A stretch of DNA of 54,055 nt, the filler included, from Stramenopiles sp. TOSAG23-3 (taxonomy: Eukaryota): NCBI GenBank assembly GCA_900128585.1. It is 4 parts of 4 records of this genome, joined end to end, with 100 filler letters (N's around TTAATTAATTAA, not from the genome) between each part and the next. Parts side by side here need not be neighbours in the genome. Positions count along the whole stretch, not along the records: positions 27,113 to 40,536 come from LT642626.1; positions 40,637 to 54,055 come from LT642627.1; 2 more parts are not named here. One strand, 5' to 3'. A program made the translations under genes and the position numbers. The notes beneath the pieces were generated by a model. That model made no database searches. It was not told the origin of the DNA and worked only from the letters and a program-made list of their open reading frames with translations. Below are positions 32,107 through 41,552 of the stretch, one piece after another. Within the stretch, counting starts at the first letter, position 1; each line of letters opens with the position of its first letter.

Positions 32107-35100
32107 ATGGCGGCCGGGGGCTCCGAATGTTTGCTCTACTGCTTCAGGTACACGCCACTGTCTTTCGATGATAAGGTTGAGCAAGACCAAAAGCAACATG
32201 TCGTTGATACCCTTCTGAATACGACTGTAAGTAACTGGAAAGAGGAAGGGATGCAGGTGCATTTAGAATATGATTTGGTGGTGTTTGGCTCGCTGGCTCT
32301 GCAAGACTTTATGGAGCACACTAGGGGTCCAGGTTTTGGCCTGGCCGCCTGCACGACGGCGGCCTTGTACCTTCTTCGCGGACCAAAGTACATTACGTCT
32401 AGATTTGTGGACAGAGTCGTGAATATGGGAATAAAATTCTATTTTGAAACGAAGCAAGCCACCCGCGTGACCGAGCCTGCTGCCTTTATACGGCAACACA
32501 CGAAAATGAAGGAACAGTTAAAAGTGTTGTATTCCGAGTTGATTTCAAGCGAGAACCGTTATACAGACAAGTCGGGTGGCATGGTTTTGTTCGCAACGAA
32601 CCTGTGGGATAATGCCATGGAAGAGAGCTTCCTTGGGGATGATCATCTGGAGCCAATTTTCAGTAGAATGCGCGAGTACACCGTTGGGAAAGTAGAGGAA
32701 GAAGAACGCGGAGGATTGGCGAGAAAGTCGCAGAAGAAAGAGTCTAACGTGTTCGCCGTCGCCTGCATCTTGTGCTCCCAGAATGCCTCTTTCACTGTAT
32801 TTATAAATGCTGGGGGCACTGATATACTAGTTTTTGACCCATGTAGACGAGATAGCGAAAGCAATTACGAGACTGCGCACGCGTACATTTCGCATTTTGT
32901 CTCTCTCGGTAGACTACGGCAGTTCTTATCCCGGCGCATTCACGAATCGGAAGCAAAGTGGATCCAGGCCGCGATCGTGCGATGCGATGTGGATGCATCC
33001 AACGTCGAATATTTAGATTCGTTGCACGTGGAACAGGATGATGACGAGGCCGATCGCAGTCGCAAGGGCGCCGATGCTTTGCAGCAGCAATTCCAAGAGC
33101 AGCTTCGCGCAGAACAGTTTTTAGAGCAGGCCAGATCAACCAGCGGAAACTTGTTTAAAAAACTAATGAACAAACCAAACTCAGCACGCAACCAACTGGA
33201 GGCTATGAACAACAAATGGAAAAGTTTGTATAAATCCTTGATCATTTCGTTTTATCACTTGAAAGCGGCGAGACTGAATTTTACCACTGGCACTCGGTGC
33301 AATACGTTTGGAAGCCCTGCCAACTGCCTGACGTCCGCGTTCGAATGCATTTTAAGAAAGTACCATTCCTTTGCAACCAAAATAGACGAGGCCAAAGAGA
33401 AATTGGACGCTCTACGGTATATGGAAGACCGCAAGCCGTTGTTTGACGATTTTCATGCCAAAGTGCACGATTTGCAAACCTATCTGAAAAGCATGGAGCT
33501 GGACAATGACCTTGTTCACTTGCACGGCAATCTTCGGCATATCTCTATGGGCGACTTGGAGCCCGCGACGGTGTTGGATTACTTTCTGAAGAATTGTCAC
33601 AGTGTCTCCACCAGGAGCACGTCTATACATGACTTCCGATGTCTCTGTGGCACTGGTGGAGAATCGTCCGTGGGGTACAACCCTGTTGGTTCCAGTCTGA
33701 TTTCTTCATCGAGCACGACCAAACGGATATCAAGCGCCCGTCGGTGTTTGGCCCACAATGTATTTCACCTTGACATATCGGAAAGGAGGACCTGCCACAC
33801 ATGCCTCGAAGTTGAAAACCATGCGCAGCTGATAGACTCTAAACCGGTTCGCAATTTAAACTTCCTCTTTCACTTGAACATTTCGTTCGTCAGGGAAGCA
33901 CAGAGTACATTGTACATAAAGAAAGCAAAGAGTAATAGCAGGATCGACCGAGCCGGGGGGGTTTCGTTCAACGAGTGCTTGCGCTACATCTGCGAGCACA
34001 AATGGCGAAGCCATTGCCCGTGCGTTCCAGAGTGTGAAATATGCGGGTTGGCTGCTTCTGTTGAGTGTTTTAGTTGCACCGAAGCGAGTATAAGGCAGGC
34101 GCACGAGCAGTGCATTCGAGAAGGCAAACACGTGCGTTTGACCGAAATCAAATCGGAGCCCCCTTCCATTCGGGGCGCAAAAGGAAGAAACCGTGTAAGC
34201 ATATGTTTATGTCTGCAGTGTGAAAAAAAATGTCACAGCATTTCGAATCGATTGGGGATGAGCGCTGTTGAGCCCCCACCTTCTGAACAAACCAGTGGCG
34301 ACCGGGACGGGAAAATCTGTGTAAACTGTGGGACAGGACAATCTTTTAACAGCCGTTTTTATGTCTCAAATGGCCCCATTAAAACCTTGGTGGGATCGGA
34401 AAATGGGGAGACGAAAATTGTTGCCAAAGAAATGTTCATTTGTCAGCGGTGCGATGAGCTAGGACTGCATCCCCCCATGACTACACGGAGCATGTTTTCC
34501 GAAATAAAGGAATCGAAACGCTTTATCGACGTCGTCACAAGCTCTTTTAAAAAAGAACTTGACAGTTTCCAAAGGGATTTACAGGAATCATTTCAAGGTA
34601 GCAAAGCAGATTTAAAGGCATACGTAGAAAAACTCGAAAAAGAGATGCACCACTTTGAAACAGGGGAATCTATTGAAAATGAAATATACGGTGACGCAGT
34701 TGATCAGCTTGCCCAAATGCAGCAAAAGCAAAAGGACCTGAACAATATGAAGAAACGCCTTGCATCGTTTGACAAAAAGGCAGGAATAATGCTGGAAGGG
34801 AAGCTTAAAATAAAAATGTACGAGCTTAAACGCCAGCGGGACGTGCTGCTCGCTGGAAAGAGGGGGGCTATGCCTTGGCGAGCCCCACACATTACGGCCG
34901 CGCTCCTCCGATCGCGGGAGATCACTGCGGCGGCAAAACCATGTCCTGTGGACAGCGCAGTAGAGCTTACATTGCATGGTCCGCCTACCGTTTTCACACT
35001 AGCCCTAGACTGGGGGCAGATTCGCGATGATGACAGTGCAGCAGGGTTTGCTGCGGATTCGCCATGGGTCATGAAGTCGTTGTGCGAAACACTCGATTTG

Positions 35101-36066
35101 TCGAGCGTGTTTTCGAACGTATCGCAAGACCACGACTCCGATCAATTGCTCTTTGCAGATCTGATGGAAAAATTCATTTCAAGCTCTTCAGACGACGAGC
35201 TTTTGTTGGTGCTGCAGGACCTTCGATCAAAAATCGCAAGCGCTAAAATTAACACAAACGTCATTTCGCAGTTGGCTGGCTGCGCATACATTAAGAGCGG
35301 TGGCAGAGTCGGGTCCCCAAACGAATACATAGAAAAACTGCAGAAACGGTTGCTGGAGAGAGCCCATGCTGTTCGTTCTCGGAAAGAGCCGGATGTGTTT
35401 TTAGCAACACAGCTAGAAACTCAGTGGGCAATGCGCTATAAACTGGATGTATTAGGGTATTGCTGGAGTAATCGTGTGAAAGAACTGTACATGTTGCTCT
35501 CGAAAGAGCTCCACCAGGCAGCCCTTTCCCATGTTGAGTCTGAACACAGTACTAGGTATTCAATTCGTGCTGTTGTGTGCCGCAGAATAGTAGAACTTGA
35601 CAGTGACAAAAATCGCCGATCTGATGATGTCGATATATCCGCACTGCGTCATTCAAGCATGGCCCACGGGATGGATACTGCATGCGCCTTCGAGACGTAC
35701 ATTTATGAAACTGATACAAAGAAACAATGGTTTCGGATCGGAGAATATGGCAACTATAAAAGCTATTTCGCGTTCGATACTTTGACGGTCGAGTTAAAGA
35801 AGCGGAGGTCGTACCCGGTCATTGCTTATTACGAAAGAACGCAGAACACGACTGACAGCACGGTGCTGAGAGCTGTAAATCTTAGCACCACCATCGAATC
35901 GACACGCTTAGAAAAAGTAAATCAGATTTTAAGCATAGGTGTGAGGGACAAAATCAAGATAAACGTGCCAAAGCAGACGGTAGATCCTAACGCTGGGATC
36001 GGCCCAAGAAAGATTATCGGCGAAATAAAAGAAACGGAAGAAGAAGGTGGTTGCAACATCAGTTAA
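32107..36066 (+). CDS. Large USP53/54-like (peptidase C19 fold) probable pseudo-deubiquitinase with Zn-finger and coiled-coil insertions and C-terminal CaaX
   Basis: USP53/54-like blocks NCLTSAFECI, MGD..TVLDYFLKNCH, CLAHNVFHLDISERRTCHTC, PPTVFTLALDW, LDLSSVF, YSIRAVVC, PVIAYYE; B-box-like CEIC..CFSC..CLQCEKKCH; ends GGCNIS*. Confidence 0.7.
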   Translation: MAAGGSECLLYCFRYTPLSFDDKVEQDQKQHVVDTLLNTTVSNWKEEGMQVHLEYDLVVFGSLALQDFMEHTRGPGFGLAACTTAALYLLRGPKYITSRFVDRVVNMGIKFYFETKQATRVTEPAAFIRQHTKMKEQLKVLYSELISSENRYTDKSGGMVLFATNLWDNAMEESFLGDDHLEPIFSRMREYTVGKVEEEERGGLARKSQKKESNVFAVACILCSQNASFTVFINAGGTDILVFDPCRRDSESNYETAHAYISHFVSLGRLRQFLSRRIHESEAKWIQAAIVRCDVDASNVEYLDSLHVEQDDDEADRSRKGADALQQQFQEQLRAEQFLEQARSTSGNLFKKLMNKPNSARNQLEAMNNKWKSLYKSLIISFYHLKAARLNFTTGTRCNTFGSPANCLTSAFECILRKYHSFATKIDEAKEKLDALRYMEDRKPLFDDFHAKVHDLQTYLKSMELDNDLVHLHGNLRHISMGDLEPATVLDYFLKNCHSVSTRSTSIHDFRCLCGTGGESSVGYNPVGSSLISSSSTTKRISSARRCLAHNVFHLDISERRTCHTCLEVENHAQLIDSKPVRNLNFLFHLNISFVREAQSTLYIKKAKSNSRIDRAGGVSFNECLRYICEHKWRSHCPCVPECEICGLAASVECFSCTEASIRQAHEQCIREGKHVRLTEIKSEPPSIRGAKGRNRVSICLCLQCEKKCHSISNRLGMSAVEPPPSEQTSGDRDGKICVNCGTGQSFNSRFYVSNGPIKTLVGSENGETKIVAKEMFICQRCDELGLHPPMTTRSMFSEIKESKRFIDVVTSSFKKELDSFQRDLQESFQGSKADLKAYVEKLEKEMHHFETGESIENEIYGDAVDQLAQMQQKQKDLNNMKKRLASFDKKAGIMLEGKLKIKMYELKRQRDVLLAGKRGAMPWRAPHITAALLRSREITAAAKPCPVDSAVELTLHGPPTVFTLALDWGQIRDDDSAAGFAADSPWVMKSLCETLDLSSVFSNVSQDHDSDQLLFADLMEKFISSSSDDELLLVLQDLRSKIASAKINTNVISQLAGCAYIKSGGRVGSPNEYIEKLQKRLLERAHAVRSRKEPDVFLATQLETQWAMRYKLDVLGYCWSNRVKELYMLLSKELHQAALSHVESEHSTRYSIRAVVCRRIVELDSDKNRRSDDVDISALRHSSMAHGMDTACAFETYIYETDTKKQWFRIGEYGNYKSYFAFDTLTVELKKRRSYPVIAYYERTQNTTDSTVLRAVNLSTTIESTRLEKVNQILSIGVRDKIKINVPKQTVDPNAGIGPRKIIGEIKETEEEGGCNIS

Positions 36067-36108
36067 AAGGGCAGATTCCAAAATTTGCACGCTGATAAGA
36101 TTAAAAAA

Positions 36109-36306
36109 CAAGAAAATTGGCTGTTATTTAAGTAATTAAATTTAGAATTAAAGCGCCGAGCATACCGCTTCAATTATGTTAAGTTTATTTGACACCAGAT
36201 AAATTTGAAAAATACTTTAAGCACACATAGTCTATANNNNNNNNNNNNNNNNNNNNNNNNNNNNNNNNNNNNNNAAACACATGTTAAATAACAGCCAATT
36301 TTCTTG
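36109..36306. repeat. Perfect 23-bp inverted repeat CAAGAAAATTGGCTGTTATTTAA flanking a 38-N scaffold gap
   Basis: 36109-36131 is the exact reverse complement of 36284-36306; Ns at 36237-36274. Confidence 0.9.
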
Positions 36307-36426
36307 CTTTAAATTAATGTACTGCGAACTGAACTCTAAATTTAGACATTCAAGGTAATACATTCCTTCATGTGCTGCGAATAACAACTAATTTTTTGTT
36401 TTGAATTATATGGCATATCTTCCATT

Positions 36427-37845
36427 TTAACTTTCGCCCCCGCGTTGCTTTTCTCGAGTCTCTGGTATCGTCAGTGGGTCGACACCATGTTTGTGAAAGT
36501 ACCGCACTGCAGACAAAAACATGGCCGTTGACACTGTAAACGCAGCGTTCATTCCTAGCAGCATCGAGATGCTTCCTGACAGGGCACCTCCCAATACGAA
36601 CCCCAAATCGCCACCACTTCGAAGTAATGCCAGCGCCTGTGTTCGCATTTTGTCCGAAGTTACGTCTGAGGCGTACGCCATCGGGGCCCCACTTAACGTG
36701 CAACTACCGATACCCCAAAGCACACTAGCAGCAACAAAGTACTCTATACTTGGTGCCATAACAAGACCCATGGCACCGAGGCCTATGATCAGTGCTCCAG
36801 GCAAAATGACATTTTTTCTCCCGTATTTATCTGATACCCACGCTATCGGTTGAGATCCCACAATATTTATTAATGAATTAAGAGCATACATTGTACCAAT
36901 CATTGCGGGCTCCATCCCGAACCGGTCGCAAGCTAAGAGCGGCATCAAGGTGAACACACACCCTACACTAAGCATCCAGTACGATGTGTAAACTGATAAT
37001 ATTCCTCTAATATTTTTGTCTTTTAGCAAAGGCTTCCATAAGGCAAGGGTGTCTCCAAATTCATCGCGTAAAGATTTTGGCTTTTCCCCTTCTTCTGGTT
37101 GTGGGGGTTTCGTTTCCGGGAGCATCAAAAAGTTATTCAAAGTAACACAAAAAATTGCACCGCCAACAAAGTAGAAAGGTGCAGCTAAACCATAACTCTC
37201 CCCAATAAAACCACCTATGGCAGGTCCACACAGAGCGCCGGCACTGAAGGCTGCGGCCATCGGGGCCATTGTCCGTGCCCTGTTCTTAACAGTAGAAATG
37301 TCAACCAGGTAGGACTGCGAGCCTGCTTGAGAAAGAGAACCGCCCGCCCCCGTTACAAAACGAGTTGCGATCAGCTCATTTGCTGTAGTACAAAGCGCAG
37401 TAAAAGTCATTCCAACGGCACTAATGAACGGTCCAGAGACCAACAAAGGCCGCCGTCCAAATTTTTCCACTGCCCATGCAGCTGGAACATTGAATAACAA
37501 CCGGGATATTCCCATGGCGCTCACAGCAGCCCCTAATTGTGCAGTCGAAATTCCATTTTCTGCTGCAAATAAAGGCATAATTGGAAGCATGACACCGATC
37601 GCACTACCCATCAATAGATTAGATGCTGCAATAGGCCAAACCCGTTTATCCAATGATTGGTCGTCATCGCTTCCTCCGCCATTACTTACACTCTTGAATT
37701 CCCGCCAACGCGACCGCCCGATACGGCGTTCGTATTGCCACCGCCCCTCTTGGGAGGGAAACCCCAGGCCTCGAAGAACCCGACAGTTGTGAACGACAGA
37801 CGCACAAGCCCGCCTTCGCAAGTACCCCAGTGGCGGGGAAAACAT
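36427..37845 (-). CDS. Major facilitator superfamily transporter (DHA1/TetA-like, 12 TM)
   Basis: Motif A twice (AWAVEKFGRRPLL, AWVSDKYGRKNVI), RFVTGAG, GPAIGGFI. Start placed at MFSPPLGYLRRR (37845), an Arg-rich organelle-presequence-like leader. Confidence 0.93.
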   Translation of the reverse strand: MFSPPLGYLRRRACASVVHNCRVLRGLGFPSQEGRWQYERRIGRSRWREFKSVSNGGGSDDDQSLDKRVWPIAASNLLMGSAIGVMLPIMPLFAAENGISTAQLGAAVSAMGISRLLFNVPAAWAVEKFGRRPLLVSGPFISAVGMTFTALCTTANELIATRFVTGAGGSLSQAGSQSYLVDISTVKNRARTMAPMAAAFSAGALCGPAIGGFIGESYGLAAPFYFVGGAIFCVTLNNFLMLPETKPPQPEEGEKPKSLRDEFGDTLALWKPLLKDKNIRGILSVYTSYWMLSVGCVFTLMPLLACDRFGMEPAMIGTMYALNSLINIVGSQPIAWVSDKYGRKNVILPGALIIGLGAMGLVMAPSIEYFVAASVLWGIGSCTLSGAPMAYASDVTSDKMRTQALALLRSGGDLGFVLGGALSGSISMLLGMNAAFTVSTAMFLSAVRYFHKHGVDPLTIPETREKQRGGES

Positions 37846-37890
37846 GGGGACTGCAGGGGGGGGGGGGTAACTCTTGGGGGCAGCGAACAG

Positions 37891-38134
37891 CAATTACCCC
37901 CCACCTTGTGATGCAAAGAACAATTTGCTGAAGGCAAAAAAAATGAGCTTCAATTACCCCCACCTTGTGATGCAAAAGAACAATTTGCTGAAGGCAAAAA
38001 ATGAGATTCAATTACCCCCACCTCCTTGTAATTCAAAAGAACAACTTTATGAAGGCAAAAATAAAGAGCTTCAGTTACCCCCACATTGTAATGTAAAAGA
38101 ACAATTTGCTGAAGGAAAAAATTGAGCTTCAACT
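37891..38134. repeat. Tandem minisatellite of four ~60-bp units
   Basis: Units start at 37891, 37951, 38009 and 38072 (60, 58, 63, 58 nt); consensus CAATTACCCCCACCTTGTGATGCAAAAGAACAATTTGCTGAAGGCAAAAAATGAGCTT. Confidence 0.95.
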
Positions 38135-38439
38135 CTTCTTGTCCAAAACGCTTAATAATAATTAATTTTTAAAAAAAAAATAATAAATAATAAAAAAATA
38201 AGAAGAAGAAGAGGAGAGGGCGTCGGGTAAGACAGACGACGAAAATGACATACCATACAAAAAAGAAATGCAAATCTGACACGTAGTCTTCTTTCAATTC
38301 CTATCTAATCGACTTTTTAGTAGTACAATTAATGATTGGTATAAACTTTTTTTAGTTTAGGCCACGAGATTCAGGATCTCACTCTAGATATATCTTATTT
38401 TGATTATGCAATTCATTTACCAACTGCAACTATTCCTTT

Positions 38440-40374
38440 TTACAGTTCGAACATGAAAATATCATCAGGGCCCGACGAAGAAGTAAGATCGTCCTCCAAT
38501 TGTCGGTAAATGCAATGTCTCAACATGTAGCATATGTACAAGGAAGCAGAATCGCCATGGTTAAACGCACGGCGGCCATTTCCAATTGTATTTGCCAAAG
38601 TGATTGCATTGTGCGCCATTCCAATTATAGAATTGGCTGCGAATAATTTTCGAACCCCGGGGAAATTGTTCCTGCCCTCAATTTCAGCGATTGCTTTCAC
38701 TTTTGCTCGTGCGTACTTTCCAATTTTATCCTTCAAAAACCCTGGAAAAACCGACGAAATGTTGCTTGGAGCACACTCAAAGGAAAGGTTGCAAAACTCA
38801 GCTTTGGTATCCACGGAACCGAAAAACTGGGAATCCAAAATGGAATCTTTCAAAAAGATCTGTGCTCTGGCCCGACTTCCGTCGAACAATTCCACCAAAA
38901 ACGTTACAATTACTTCAGAGAAAAATTCAATCATCAAGGAGTTGTCGGGGAGAAAATTAACGATACTGCCGAGAATATCGTCTATGCTGTGTGAATTCGA
39001 TGTGTCAATGAGTTCTTCTGTGGCCCTGTTGTATGACCACACATTCATTGCTACAGATGGCTCTAAGCTACGAAAATTATGAGCCCAGAACATCGGTATA
39101 AACAGTATATCTCCCGGGTGCAGGATGGTCTCCTGAAACTTAATTTCTTGAAATTTGGGGAACAGTCTACTGTCCACATCGTAAAGGTCAAATATCTGTG
39201 ACTGCCTGTGGTGGTGCGACGCGGCAGGAAAATGATACCACGAATCGTAATATTTCGGAGGTGCAAGCAGAACTTGTTTTCGACCTTTCATCATAAGGTA
39301 ACAATTGTCGTTGACGTCATAATGAGTCACCGCGCTGATGTTACTGATGCCCAGCCACAGATTGGTCGTCGTGGTGACGTGCTCACTTTCATGGTGTAGA
39401 AAACGACCTTTGCAATTGATACCCGGGAAAAAGAGGCAGCTGCTTTCCTTCAGAAATGACTTTAATTGTCGTGGCTTTACATCTCCTTCCTCGTTCATAG
39501 GAATAGACGCATACGGGAACTGGGGCTTCCGCGACAAAGCCAAGCCGGACATCTCTTGTTCCCCCTTCCAAACAGCATCAATAAATTCCAAAGGCGTCAT
39601 AATTTTGTCAGGATATTTTGAATATTTACCGGCAGTAGCACTTGTGCTGTACAAATTATAATTTGAATTGCCAAAATTAACTTTGAATGTCTCTGGCAAT
39701 AAAGTAGATTGGACGTACCTCCACGACCCTAAACCTCGCTGGAACACTTCTAAGCCCTGAAGAGGGGCGTTCTCAATCACCACCGGTTCTATTTTACCCT
39801 GCAAGTAAATGCTCAAGGCTCCAAACGGTTCTTTAATAGTGTCGTTGTAATGGATTCGCGTAATGCGTTTGGCCGTTTGCGGGTGCTGCGTTAATCCTTT
39901 TGTTCTTTTTAAAGTTTCCATTTGATCCAAGAAATCTGCAGATGACTTCTCGGCTGAAGAAGCAGCACTACCGTTCAATAGTTTCTCTATTTCTTTTGCG
40001 TGTTTGCGGCACTTTCCTGGATTATGATGCACTGCAAGGATTCCAAACGCCTTTGAGGCTTGGCGTAACAACACTTTGGCAAATTCAATGTCTTCCATAA
40101 GGACTTCCTTCCCCCTTTTAAAAAGGGACAATGCAGCATTCATTTTGGCCTTCCAGTTTTGCTGATCTGTTCGAGCTACCAAAGCAGCACGAGAAAAATG
40201 ATAAAATGAGAGTCTGTACTGCTTCAACTTACCAAGGCGTAACCCGCTTTTCATGTGAACATTGTACGAGTTGAGAGCGGTTGGTCTCAATGCGATTTCG
40301 TCCAATTTGGATGATTCTTCCGCATTTGCAATGCACATCAACACAATAAAAACGCCTGCCCAGAGGCGCCCCAT
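38440..40374 (-). CDS. JmjC (cupin-8/FIH-like) 2-oxoglutarate Fe(II) dioxygenase with signal peptide and TPR-like N-terminus
   Basis: NLWLG, THYDVNDN (HxD), GRKQVLL, LHPGDILFIPMFWAH (distal His); leader MGRLWAGVFIVLMCIANA. Confidence 0.9.
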   Translation of the reverse strand: MGRLWAGVFIVLMCIANAEESSKLDEIALRPTALNSYNVHMKSGLRLGKLKQYRLSFYHFSRAALVARTDQQNWKAKMNAALSLFKRGKEVLMEDIEFAKVLLRQASKAFGILAVHHNPGKCRKHAKEIEKLLNGSAASSAEKSSADFLDQMETLKRTKGLTQHPQTAKRITRIHYNDTIKEPFGALSIYLQGKIEPVVIENAPLQGLEVFQRGLGSWRYVQSTLLPETFKVNFGNSNYNLYSTSATAGKYSKYPDKIMTPLEFIDAVWKGEQEMSGLALSRKPQFPYASIPMNEEGDVKPRQLKSFLKESSCLFFPGINCKGRFLHHESEHVTTTTNLWLGISNISAVTHYDVNDNCYLMMKGRKQVLLAPPKYYDSWYHFPAASHHHRQSQIFDLYDVDSRLFPKFQEIKFQETILHPGDILFIPMFWAHNFRSLEPSVAMNVWSYNRATEELIDTSNSHSIDDILGSIVNFLPDNSLMIEFFSEVIVTFLVELFDGSRARAQIFLKDSILDSQFFGSVDTKAEFCNLSFECAPSNISSVFPGFLKDKIGKYARAKVKAIAEIEGRNNFPGVRKLFAANSIIGMAHNAITLANTIGNGRRAFNHGDSASLYICYMLRHCIYRQLEDDLTSSSGPDDIFMFEL

Positions 40375-40536
40375 ATTGTGTAGAATATGGCTTGGAATAA
40401 GGTAGGATGTCGTTTGTTGCGGATGTGGACGATATAGTTGCCCCTTTTTCTCCTTTCCTGGTCCAGAAGAATCTACTACTTTCTAGATTTTAGAACACAT
40501 CAATATATACTACGAGGTGTTTGTCAATGCAAACGA

Positions 40537-40636
40537 NNNNNNNNNNNNNNNNNNNNNNNNNNNNNNNNNNNNNNNNNNNNTTAATTAATTAANNNNNNNN
40601 NNNNNNNNNNNNNNNNNNNNNNNNNNNNNNNNNNNN
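40537..40636. other. Artificial contig linker
   Basis: 44 N + TTAATTAATTAA + 44 N. Confidence 0.97.
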
Positions 40637-40969
40637 TACGAGCGTAACGCTCGCACTCTCGTAACTCTTTGGGGCAACAAAGATTCCCACCTTCACGAGT
40701 ACAGTTACCGGCTGTGGGGAGGCCTGGTGTCTTCTTTCTACTACCCTCGATGGAAACGGTGGTTTGACGGAGTTGGACAGTCTCTGGACCAGAAGCAAGA
40801 ATTTAACCAGACAAAGTTTGTGGAAGAAATTGAAACCTTTGAAGAGGAATGGACACAATCCACCGATCCTTTCCCTTCTACTCCATCGTCTACGGACCCG
40901 TACACAATAGCACTGAAAGTGTTCAAGAAGTATTTTGGGGAGGTACAAAACTTTAAAAAATACGAATAA
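40637..40969 (+). CDS. NAGLU: C-terminal fragment of alpha-N-acetylglucosaminidase (GH89)
   Basis: Frame from the contig edge reads YERNARTLVTLWGNKDSHLHEYSYRLWGGLVSSFYYPRW..FEEEW, matching the GH89 C-terminal consensus YExNARxQxTxWG..L.DYA.KxWxGL..YYxPRW. Confidence 0.85.
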   Translation, partial: YERNARTLVTLWGNKDSHLHEYSYRLWGGLVSSFYYPRWKRWFDGVGQSLDQKQEFNQTKFVEEIETFEEEWTQSTDPFPSTPSSTDPYTIALKVFKKYFGEVQNFKKYE

Positions 40970-41552
40970 TCCTAAAATTAGTTTTATCTGATCCAATTAT
41001 ATAGTGAGTGGTTATTTTTTTATTAAAATCATCAACTTTCATTCATTCGTACACATCTCCTCACCTCCTCCTCTCTCCTTCTTTCGTTGACCTATGCTAT
41101 GTTTACTATATTAAATTTTGTGGTAATTAAACTATTCTATTAGCCAATTAGACGACTATTTTATTACTTGGTATAATAATAATAAAATACGCCTAGTAGT
41201 GCTCCTTCTTCTTTCTTTTATCTTTCTTCCCTCTTTTTTTTTAATTATATTTATAATAATACCCCTTGGGTATAAATACCACCGTGCCAACGACAACAAG
41301 CCAACAACAACAAAATAATAAAGAAGTGTTGTGTATGCATGAAAAATATCTTGATTCTTGATCAATCACCTACCTATCCATTTAATGCACATACGCACAC
41401 ATATGTTTAAAAACAACACAAGAGTCTTATTGGACAACTTTGAAGGCAGAGAAAACCAGGCCTTTGGCTCGTGCATTGTTCGGTGCGTTCTTCCATCCCT
41501 GGTTTCAGGTTCAATAAACTGTGCGCCTACAGTATTTTATACTTATAGGCAA

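Noticed and set aside
37891..38134. CRISPR-like array
   Set aside because: Units are repeated over their whole length with no unique spacers, there are no cas genes, and the context is eukaryotic.
11872..40969. Apparent amino-sugar catabolism cluster (NPL plus GH89 NAGLU)
   Set aside because: The genes are on different concatenated contigs, so no physical linkage can be inferred.
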